Positions 52,626-64,000 of a stretch of DNA of 64,000 bases are shown here, in pieces; the first letter of the stretch is position 1; every line of letters begins with the position of its first letter. The stretch is from the human T2T-CHM13v2.0 reference genome, Homo sapiens. The notes under the pieces are model-generated. The model made no database searches and was not told where the DNA came from. It was given only the letters and a program-made list of their open reading frames with translations. The position numbers and the translations under genes are program-made. The stretch is from NCBI RefSeq assembly GCF_009914755.1, contig NC_060939.1. The stretch is one strand, 5' to 3'.

Positions 52626-54429
52626 AGGAGACATCCTGGTCCCAGCTGTGTCGCTCATTTCCACTGTGATCTTGGCAAGTCACTTCACCTCTTTGAGCCT
52701 GTTTTTGCGCCTTGGCCATGTGGACGGCATGTTCCTCAGTCTCCCTCCTCCTGGTTCTGTCATGCTGCCCTCCTGTTCCCATCACACTCCCTGTCTTAGG
52801 GGCATCCCTCCACCCCCAGCCGACTAGCTGAGCAGCTGCCTGGAGGGTGGTGGCCAGTGTAGAGACCAGCCGCCAAAAGAGCCCCTGAGGTGGGCCCTGT
52901 GCAGGCAGGCTGCGGTGGTGGCCAGACCGCCCGTGATGTAATGACCGATTAGGAACTTCCCCTTGGAAGCCCGGCTTCCTCTAGGAGCCAAAGGTGCTGG
53001 AGCTGAGGTGGGGGGTGGGGAGGGGTGGGTGGGAGCGAGTAAGAGGAAACTCCTGTCAGCTGGGCCCAGCGTTTGGAAAGAGTTCAGCAGAGAGGCTCGT
53101 TCTAAGCTGTTGACCATTAACATGGCCCTGTACACATTCCTTCTCTGCTTTTACTGCCGGAGCCCGGTGGATAAAGAACTGGTCTTCCCCTCCCTTCACA
53201 AAGAAAAGAAAAAGAGCCTCTAATTAATGCTGCATCTCTAGACTTGCTGCAAAACCTGAAGCCATTTCTGCAGCTTAAAATGACAAAGGAGAGTTAAGTG
53301 GAAACTCCTTTTTCCCTCTAAGTTTGATAACAAAAACTACTTATCTAATGGGCAAACAAGGCTTTAAAAGGGGTGTTAGGTTAACCAGATGCAGGGCCAC
53401 GTAATTACTCCCAGGCCTGGGAGCCACAGATGAAAAGCTGCCGGTTGGACTGGAACTTGAAGCCACAGGCATGACACGGGACAGAAGAAAGGAGTTTTCC
53501 AGGAGGGCAGGAGGCCTCAGTGCAGCCCTGTGCAAAGGGGATTGGAAAAGCCAGCCCTGGGCCCCTTTTCAGCTCTGCCACCAACTTGCTGGGTGACCCT
53601 GGGCAAGTCACTTAACTTCTCTGGGCTTCTGAGACTTTGAATATCTCTTCTTCGCTCTTGGTAGGGTCTGGGCCTGTCTGCCCTTGTTTCAGGCCCATCA
53701 ATGAGGGGCTGAGCAGGCCCTTTTGGTCCAGCCCTGGGAGAGCCAGGGAGGTTGCTATGGCCCAGGTGGGTGTGAAGCAGCAGCAAAGACTTGGAAGGTG
53801 AAGGAGTAGGGACCGCCTGCTCCCCTGCTGACCTAGACCCCTGAAGACCCAGAGGACTCGGGCTGAGCCTCCCACGAATGCCCTGAACCTTTGAGTCTAA
53901 GCTGGGCACAACGCTGGTTCCTTCAGGGGTGGCTGAGTCCAAGGCAGTCTGGCCAAAAGGAAAGCGGGGAGCCGGAGGAAAGCAGGCTGCAGTTTATGCT
54001 CAGGCTCTTGGAGCATGCAGCCCACGGGGGAGCACACAGGAACGTTCCTGCCCTTTGTTTTGACAGAGAACTGCTGATTCGAAGAAGCGAAAAGGCTTTT
54101 CTTGGGATTTCAGCACTCCCCGCCTCCCTCAGACTGCAGTCAGCTCCCTTGGTGTCCCTGCACCCCCACAAAATTACATGTTGGGCTCGCAGCACCCTCC
54201 CTGGGCAGAGAGGCGTAGAGAAAAGAATGCCAGCCATCAGAGGGGCCGATTTCTGTGCAGGGGAGAAGGCCTATTGTTGGGACCAGTCACCACCTCCTCC
54301 TCGGCGCAGACAGCCACCACCCTCTGGTGGCAGGAATGTGGGTGCCACCGGGAGGGAACAGGGCTTGTCCCCTGGGCCACTGTGGAGCCCTGCTGGGGCC
54401 GCTCTAGGACAGCCACAGGACATTGCCAC

Positions 54430-55230
<801 letters not shown>

Positions 55231-56588
55231 TAGTCCTAGCAACATTAACTAAATCACGGAAATTTAGAGCTGGGGAGAGTAATGATCTCATTGTTCGGAT
55301 GGGAAGACTGAGGCCAGAGGAGGGAGATGACCTGCTGGATCAGGGCCAGGAGGCAGGACTCCTCCCAGGCTAGTGCCACTCTGCCAGATCCACCCCAGAC
55401 ACAGCTCCTCTCCTCCTCCCCCTGGAACCCTCCCAGCAGGACCCAGAGTCTGGCTGGGAACTAGGCCAGGCCCTGAGCAGGGGGTAGTGAGCGGGAGTTT
55501 CGGTCAGAGCTCGGTCATCTTTGATGTTGTTCACTCGTGTCTGACTCCTTGGTATTTATTTGCAATTAAAGAGCTGGTTCCTAATTAGGCTGATGGCCGT
55601 GGGAGATGGCAGTACCACAGCCTAGGAACCACGAGGAGAAAAAGATCCTTCTGTAAGAGACTGTCCCCTCACCTGAGTGGCAGCCCAGGCTTGTGACTGA
55701 GAGGCACAGGGGGAGGGGGCTGTGCAGCTGTGGGAAGTACAGAGTGGGGACCATGGGTTAGGGGGTGCCCACCTTCTCACTCATAGTGTTGCAGAGCACG
55801 TCAGCTTGTGTTGGACACACCGCATGAAATCTGAATGCACGTATGTGTGTGAGAGAATGGAGCTAAAGCAGGGCTCATTCTAGACATTCAGACATTTGTT
55901 GCTTCATTCTTCCATTCCTTCACTCACTGGGCACCTCTTTCACCGCAGGTGCCAGGCTAGGGGCTAACCCCTAACATTTGTAAAGTGCTTTGCGGTTTGC
56001 AAAGGGCCTTGTCATCCACAGTCCTATTGAGACCTTCCATGGCAGTGACCCTGGGCCATGACCCCCAACCCCACTAAAGATCCCTGGCCTCTGAAGGGTA
56101 AGGCCAACACTGGAGCCCGTAAACAAGGCACCTCCTTCCTTCTGCACCCACTTGATTTTGCCAGAGTTTCCAGAAAATTCAGAGATGGACTGTGGTGAGT
56201 GGGGTACTTAATTATTGAATCAGTCCTTTTACAAATACAGAGACTGAGGCTTGGAGACGTTTAGCAGTTTATCGATGGCCACATATCCAGTCAGTGGTGG
56301 CAGCCTTAGGTCATTCTCACTGTGAAACCTTTTGGACCATGTGGCATGGATTAGAGTAGAATTCTGGGCTCTCAAGTTCTGGCCCTAGGTCTGCCACCTG
56401 CTGCTGTGTGTACTTGGGCAAGTCCCTTGACGCCCCCCAGGATGCTATCTTTGGGGCACCAGATTATTAGACTCCATTAGTGGTCCCAACAGGCCAGTCT
56501 CAGGACCAAGTTTTCATTGGTCCATGGTGACAGAAATAAAAATAAGTTAGAAAATAAGTCTGTACATGGCAAAATAAAGCGGTGGTAG

Positions 56589-56872
<284 letters not shown>

Positions 56873-57188
56873 TCATTCCCAACTCCCCTGTTAAAAACAT
56901 GTGTTGGTTTGTGGAAGCCTGAAGTGTTGGGTCTCACTGGATAAGATAATGTCAGCGGATACTCGAGCTCTGACGCCCTGGGACTGAGAGTTGAGTGGGG
57001 ACAGGGAGGCTGAGTGGGTGGCTTACCCTCTGGATCAGACAAGAGACCCCAGTTTTTGCCCACCACGCTTCAGTGCCCTAGGGCCTGAGCCCAGCAGCCT
57101 ACCTGCTGGGCAGGATTCCCCGTGGGGTGTGGGGTGGGGGCAATGTCTAGGCACTGGGACATATTTTATTTCCTGTCCCCTTCCCTTT

Positions 57189-57213
57189 TATTAGGTTGGT
57201 GCAAAAGTAATTG
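57189..57213 (+). mobile_element. Truncated MADE1/Hsmar1 terminal inverted repeat (solo half)
   Basis: TA + ttaggttggtgcaaaagtaattg, identical to the start of the MADE1 consensus as I recall it. Confidence 0.88.
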
Positions 57214-57376
57214 AGGCAGGAGGGTCACTTGAGCCCAGGAGTTTAAGCCCAGCCTGGGCAACAAAGCAAGACCTCATCTCTACAAAAAAGCTTTTGAAAA
57301 TTAGCTGGGCATGATGATGTACATCGCAGTCCCAGCTATTCAGGAAGCTAAGACAGGAGGATTGCTTGAGCTCAAG
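57212..57376 (+). mobile_element. Internal AluJ fragment (no 5' end, no tail, no TSD)
   Basis: tgaggcaggagggtcacttgagcccagg...aattagctggg...gattgcttgagctcaag. Confidence 0.9.
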
Positions 57377-57870
57377 GAATATATGCAGCCCTGGGATAGA
57401 TGGAGACCCACCCCTCCCCTTACCAGTCAGAGAGTGTAGACCAACTGGGGGGCACTGACCAGGAGCGCAGACACCTGTTAAGGCCAAGGGAGGGGCTGCA
57501 GTTCAGGTGCCCCAGGAAGGAGAGGTCAGAGAGGGCTTCCCAGAGTGGCAGTCTGTCTCCCTGAATTTGGGAGACATGGCCAGGAGCGCAGGCCTGATGA
57601 TGTGTAACCCAGTCTGTTCAACCAAGGAAGCCGCAGGGGATGGGGCCTGGCTCAAGCCCAGGGTGTCCCTTAGCTGGATGGCTGGGGCAGGCAAGGCCTG
57701 AAGGCGGCTCTATGGGTTCATCCCCAGTCATAGGGTACCATAAGGTGTGCTGGGGCTAGGCTGGGGACATGGGTTTTGATTGGGGGGATGGAAGGAGTTT
57801 GGCCTGGCTGGGGTGGAGGGAACTGAGAGGAGGGGGATAGGAAGTCCCACCTGTCCTTGAATTGAAAAAC

Positions 57871-58155
57871 TTTCTTTTCTTTTCCTTTTTTTTTTTTTTT
57901 TGAGACAAGGTCTCACTCTGTCATCCAGATTGGAATGCAGTAGCACAATGACTGTTCCCGGTAGCTTCAAACTTGGGCTCAAGCAATCCTCCTGTCTCAG
58001 CTTCCCAAGTAGCTGGGACTACAGATGTACACCATCATACCCACCTAATTTTTAAAAGTTTTTTTAGAGATGAGGTCTTGCTTTGTTGCCCATGCTGGGC
58101 TTAAACTCCTGAGCTCAAATGAGCCTCCTGCCTCAGCCTCCCAGAGTTCCCAGCC
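57871..58155 (-). mobile_element. AluJ with a tail and degenerate TSD
   Basis: Poly-T followed by gagacaaggtctcactctgtc...cctcagcctcccagagttcccagcc. Confidence 0.92.
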
Positions 58156-58877
58156 AGAAACCTTTTGGAAGCTGGGAAAGAGAAAGTCGCTTCCCCTGCC
58201 CCCTGTGCCCCTGTCCTTCCCCAGCTAGACTCTCCCTTTTTCCATGGGTGGGGCAGAGCTGTCACTCTGTGGCTGGGCAGCTGTCTCAGAGCCTTGTCTG
58301 TGAAGAGGTGCAGCAGTGACCCCTCCCTTAGTGAGACAGTAAAGTGAGTCCTCCAAGAGTGGGGATAGTGACACCTCAGCTTGTAAATAGTAACCTCTAG
58401 GGCTCATGGACCATGAGAGCAGTCATGCTTACATATAGGGAAACTGAGGCTTAGGGAGGTAGAGGGACTTGCTCAGTGTGCAGGTTTTAGGAAGGAGCCA
58501 GGACAGAACTCTATCTGGAGTGTGGAGAAGAGCTCCCCTCTAGAGTGTGGCCTAGCACCAAGGCGGCCCCAGCATTCACTGGTGTATACCCTGGGCCTCA
58601 GTTTCCTCACCTGTGGAATGGGCTGCTAGTAGAGGTGAGATGAGGCTGTTGTGAAGAACGGGCCCAGCTCGTAGAAGGCACTCATGGATGCCGTTGCCCG
58701 TCCTGTCTCCCAGCATACTCCAGGCATCGCTTCTTTGCATCCCCACCTTGCTGTGCCTGACACACTCGTGGAATTCTTGTTGGTTGGTGGGCAGTGTGGG
58801 TGCTGCAGTTTCGTGGCTAGGCTGGCATGGTGCTGCTTTTCTGGCCCTTGGGGACTCCCAGACCTGTGCCAGGTAGA

Positions 58878-58942
58878 TGGCTGGGGAGAGGGGCACTGGA
58901 GTGGGGTGGCTGGGGAGAGGGGCACTGGAGTGGGGTGGCTGG
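58878..58942. repeat. 29-bp G-rich tandem repeat (2.2 copies)
   Basis: tggctggggagaggggcactggagtgggg twice exactly, then tggctgg. Confidence 0.95.
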
Positions 58943-60764
58943 AGCTCAGAGTCTGGCTGTTCCCAGCTGCCCACCTGCTGGGACTGGCCTGATGCTTGCA
59001 GCCTAGTGACCTCCCAAGGGCTTGAGCTGTCTCTGTCACTATTGCCCACTGGCTAAGGGGCAGTTCTGTCGAGGGCAGGATGCAGGACCTCTTCCTCCTC
59101 TCCTGACCATCAGCTGGAAGCATCAGAGGCCTCACTGGAGACTCTGAGGCAAAATGATCCAAGCTGCGGGCTGGTGTGAGGACTTGGATTACCCCCCAGC
59201 AGACTTGGGGACCTGTGTCTGGGACCTCAGTGCCAGGCCCAGGACAAGGGGCACACTCATGAAACCTGTATCCAGCCCAAAGCCACAGCAGAGCAGTCAG
59301 CCTCCAGGAGGCCCCTGAGGCAGACAGCCTCCTGCTGGGTGGCTGGGCGGGCCTCCCAGTGTGTAAGGGGATGTCAGGGGCCCTGCCACCCTGTTCTTCT
59401 GGGGCTTCTAGGCAGGGGCAAGACCAAGGCAAAGGCGTCCAGAGCTGGCCTCACTCAGGCTCCCAGGTGAAGCTGTTAGAAGTGTTGTCCTCTGGGATTT
59501 GGTTGGACTTTGATCAGTTTTCCTCAGAAAAAGAGCCATGAATTGCTTTGCTTTGCTCTGTCAAGCCTCCAGCAGAACGCCTCCCTCTGCACAGGCCCAG
59601 GCCAGAGACCTGTGTGGAAGCAGGCATGGCAGGCAAATCATGTCACCTCACTGGGCAGTTATAGGTGCCTGCCTGCTTCTCAGAGCTGTGAGCTCAAAGG
59701 AAAGGCCAGATGTCAGAATCTGAGAAGCTGGCCACATGAGAGCAGGGAGCACCCTGGCCTGTGTTGGTCTGAACTTTGGTCTCAGAAAATTGTTAAACTC
59801 CTCCAGACACACAGACGGCCCGAGTCAGTGACAAGGGATTTCAGTAACATCTTAGCTACCCCTTTGCTATACAGTGGGGAAACTGAGGCCCAGAGAGGAG
59901 CAGCACACACCTTCAATTGCTGGGCAGCTCCAGAGCCCTTAAGGAGCCATTTTCTTTGTCATTTAGGGACCCTCAGCTCCTCTGCCATGCAGAAGTAGCT
60001 GCAGTTCTGGTACAAACCTGCATTTCCTGCCAAGAAAGCCAACTCAGGTGGGCGGTACCAGGAGGCTAAGGCTGAGTCAGGGAGCAGTCAAGCAGTCATA
60101 TTTATAACAAGGCCACCACAGGAATCCCACTGCTCCAGGCCGGAAGGGATCCTGGGGGCAACTCCTCCCACCCCCAGCCCGCCTCCCTGTGCTTGAGTCC
60201 TCTAATGTGATTTCAACCTCCCCCGCCATCCCCCAATAGCCTAACCCTACTCTGTCAGGTTGAGACTTGGACTAGTGGGTTCAAATTCTGGCGGGGTGCC
60301 CTCCTCTGTAGAACGAGGAGAAGGTGGCGTCCTTGCAGAGTGATCGTGAGGACCAAGTGAGTCCTGTGTGCTGTGAAGAGTAAGAAGTACAGTGCTCCAC
60401 GCCGGGTCCGTGATGGTTGCTCCACAGTCAGCCCCTCCTTTGGGGGCGTGCAGGCAGTTGTCTGTCTCTCCTGCTAGCATGAAGAGGCAGGGGCAGGGTG
60501 TGCATGGTTCATGTCTGCGTCCGCAGCATCTAGCACACAACAGGTGCTCTCTGGCTTGCACTCTGTGGCTCATAACCTTTGTTTTCTCCTTTGTGTGAGC
60601 TTGTGTGTGTGAAAGAGATGTCCCGTTGTGCGCCATATTTCCTGAGGACAACCTGGCACACGGTGCCCACATGACTGCTGAATGCTGGAAACCTTACCCA
60701 GCTCCCACTGTGCAGACAGCAGTGCCCACCTCCGCTCCTCGGTGCCTCCCACCTCCCCACCCAG

Positions 60765-61336
<572 letters not shown>

Positions 61337-61769
61337 TGGCGGCCCCGGCGGGAGGGGCGGGTGGGAGGCCGCGGCCACCGCCACCTGCCGGCCTCGAGAG
61401 GGGCCGATGCCCAGAGACACAGCCCCCACGGACAAAACCCCCCAGATATCATCTACCTAGATTTAATATAAAGTTTTATATATTATATGGAAATATATAT
61501 TATACTTGTAATTATGGAGTCATTTTTACAATGTAATTATTTATGTATGGTGCAATGTGTGTATATGGACAAAACAAGAAAGACGCACTTTGGCTTATAA
61601 TTCTTTCAATACAGATATATTTTCTTTCTCTTCCTCCTTCCTCTTCCTTACTTTTTATATATATATATAAAGAAAATGATACAGCAGAGCTAGGTGGAAA
61701 AGCCTGGGTTTGGTGTATGGTTTTTGAGATATTAATGCCCAGACAAAAAGCTAATACCAGTCACTCGAT

Positions 61770-61775
61770 AATAAA
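61770..61775 (+). terminator. Proximal polyadenylation signal AATAAA
   Basis: AATAAA followed about 15-40 nt later by T/GT-rich sequence (ttttttttaaactgtcttcttttt). Confidence 0.85.
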
Positions 61776-62632
61776 GTATTCGCATTATAGTTTTTTTTAA
61801 ACTGTCTTCTTTTTACAAAGAGGGGCAGGTAGGGCTTCAGCGGATTTCTGACCCATCATGTACCTTGAAACTTGACCTCAGTTTTCAAGTTTTACTTTTA
61901 TTGGATAAAGACAGAACAAATTGAAAAGGGAGGAAAGTCACATTTACTCTTAAGTAAACCAGAGAAAGTTCTGTTGTTCCTTCCTGCCCATGGCTATGGG
62001 GTGTCCAGTGGATAGGGATGGCGGTGGGGAAAAGGAGAATACACTGGCCATTTATCCTGGACAAGCTCTTCCAGTCTGATGGAGGAGGTTCATGCCCTAG
62101 CCTAGAAAGGCCCAGGTCCATGCCCCCCATCTTTGAGTTATGAGCAAGCTAAAAGAAGACACTATTTCTCACCATTTTGTGGAAATGGCCTGGGGAACAA
62201 AGACTGAAATGGGCCTTGAGCCCACCTGCTACCTTGCAGAGAACCATCTCGAGCCCCGTAGATCTTTTTAGGACCTCCACAGGCTATTTCCCACCCCCCA
62301 GCCAAAAATAGCTCAGAATCTGCCCATCCAGGGCTGTATTAATGATTTATGTAAAGGCAGATGGTTTATTTCTACTTTGTAAAAGGGAAAAGTTGAGGTT
62401 CTGGAAGGATAAATGATTTGCTCATGAGACAAAATCAAGGTTAGAAGTTACATGGAATTGTAGGACCAGAGCCATATCATTAGATCAGCTTTCTGAAGAA
62501 TATTCTCAAAAAAAGAAAGTCTCCTTGGCCAGATAACTAAGAGGAATGTTTCATTGTATATCTTTTTTCTTGGAGATTTATATTAACATATTAAGTGCTC
62601 TGAGAAGTCCTGTGTATTATCTCTTGCTGCAT

Positions 62633-62638
62633 AATAAA
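62633..62638 (+). terminator. Distal polyadenylation signal AATAAA (inside the end of an MLT1 LTR)
   Basis: AATAAA with upstream TGTA motifs (about 62556 and 62613) and a T-rich downstream segment. Confidence 0.65.
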
Positions 62639-62951
62639 TTATCCCCAAACTTAGCAGCTTAAAATAACTAACATTTATTATCTCCCACAGTTTCTGCAGG
62701 TCAGGAATCTGGGAGCAGCTTAGCCAAGTGGTTCTGGCTCGGGGTCTCTGGTGAGGTTGCCATCAAGCTGTCGGCCAGGGCTGCAGTCATCTGAGTCTTG
62801 ACTGGGTCTGGGGGACCTGCTCCAAGCTCGCTCATGTAGCTGCTGGCAGGAGCCCTCAGTTCCCTGCCATGTGGGCATCTCCACTGGACTACTTATAACA
62901 TGGCTTCCCCAGAACAAATGATCCAAAAGAGCAAGGGTGAAGTTGCTGGGG

Positions 62952-63269
62952 TTTTTTTCTTTCTTTCTTTCTTTCTTTTTTTTTTTTGAGACGGGGTCTT
63001 ACTGTGTCACCCAGGCTGGAATGCAGTGGCCCCATCATGACTCACTGCAGCCTCAAACTCCCTGGGCTCAGGTGATCCTCCTGCATCAGCCCCTGAGTAG
63101 CTGGGACTACAGGTGCACACCATCATGTCTGGCTAAGTTTTGTATTTTTGGTAGAGATGGGATTTCACCATGTTGCCTAGGCTGGTCTTGAAATCCTGAG
63201 CTCAAATGATCCTCCCACTTCGGCCCCACAAAGTGTTGTGATTATAGACATGAGCCACCATGCCCAACC
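62952..63269 (-). mobile_element. AluJ with a (TTTC)n tail
   Basis: gagacggggtcttactgtgtcacccagg...ctcactgcagcctcaaactccctgggctc...gagccaccatgcccaacc. Confidence 0.93.
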
Positions 63270-63879
63270 TAAGCTGCTGTCTTCTGTAACTAGATCTCAG
63301 TAGTGACATACCATCGCTTCTGCCATACTTATTGGTCATACAAACCATCTCTGTTACAAAGTGGGAGAGACTACACAAGGACATGAATACCAGGAGACAG
63401 GATTCATGGCCACCACATCCTCCAAGAAGAAAAACCATTTAACTTTGTTTCCCAAAGTTATTTATGAATAGACTGTCCCCACTCCTGTAATTCTGTCCTC
63501 ATACCGAGGCACGCCGGTGCTTCTGGGCTGACCACAGCTGGCCATGCCAGGGTGCTGTGCACTGAGACCCTGGCCTGAAGACACTCAGCAGAGATGGCTG
63601 TCTCACTGGAATAGTCAGAGAGCTCTTGTTGTAGGGGCAGGACGGGAGGCACCTCAGGCTCACAGGCAGTTTGTGGGTGCACAGCCAAAAGGAATAAGCA
63701 ACCACTCCATGGGAGTGCCGAGGAGGAGTAATCGGGAGGCCTCCTAGGAGGCTCAGTGCCTTGACCTCCGGTCCTCACAGGACAAATGAGCGGGAAGCTG
63801 GCAGGCTAAGGGTGGCAGAGGGTGCAGGAGCAAAGAGTTTGGGGGTGGCAGAGACCATGAAGCAGGAGGGGAGTTTCCA

Positions 63880-64000
63880 GACACTCGTGCTCTGGAGCCA
63901 GGCTACCCGAGTTCAAATCCCAGTTCTGCCACTCAGAGTGACTTCAGTGACTTAATAACTTCTTTACGTGCTTTGGTGTTCCCATCTGTAAGATGGGAAT
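63880..64000 (+). mobile_element. MIR SINE (runs to the window edge)
   Basis: ctctggagccaggctacccgagttcaaatcccagttctgccact...cccatctgtaagatggg. Confidence 0.75.

Larger units (their letters stand above)
61337..62660 (+). other. SMAD6: SMAD6 3'UTR (short form ending near 61790-61800, long form near 62650-62660)
   Basis: Follows the stop codon; switches abruptly to AT-rich sequence at about 61450; contains two AATAAA hexamers with flanking U-rich/UGUA elements. Confidence 0.8.
62613..63417 (-). mobile_element. MLT1F/G-like ERVL-MaLR solo LTR interrupted by an Alu
   Basis: tgtatta..ttgctgcataataaattatccccaaacttagcagcttaaaa...cacagtttctgcaggtcaggaatctgggagcagcttagcc...cacaaggacatgaataccagga...ccaca; TG...CA ends; 5-bp TSD tcctg / tcctc. 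Confidence 0.85.

Noticed and set aside
58626-59432. 268-aa minus-strand ORF, the longest intronic ORF
   Set aside because: No recognisable domain, GC-rich composition, spans a tandem repeat and MIR-like sequence; consistent with chance.

Overview
Human (primate) genomic DNA from the 3' part of the SMAD6 gene, transcribed on the + strand. About 60.8 kb (1-60797) is one long, repeat-rich intron. It is followed by the CpG-rich terminal exon, which encodes the complete inhibitory-SMAD MH2 domain (CDS 60798-61336, ending ...[13 protein letters not shown]), and a 3'UTR with two AATAAA signals (61770 and 62633). The intron holds about 21 Alu copies or fragments (including a young AluYa5 and an Alu-in-Alu), old L1, L2 and MIR fragments, ERVL/MaLR LTRs and DNA-transposon MITEs (MER53, MER58A, MER91A, MER5-like, a half MADE1). 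Several repeat-free blocks look like developmental enhancers. I see no new protein-coding system: the other ORF-track entries are repeat-derived or GC-shadow frames. The most unusual items are: (i) a half Hsmar1/MADE1 inverted repeat fused to an inverted local copy of a neighbouring Alu (57191-58135); (ii) a cryptic 16-nt microexon with strong splice signals (31761-31776) that would shift the last exon into a long open alternative frame; (iii) a distal poly(A) signal apparently created by a point change inside an MLT1 LTR; (iv) a perfect 54-bp tandem duplication. Repeat family names come from my recall of consensus sequences, and boundaries of old repeats are approximate.
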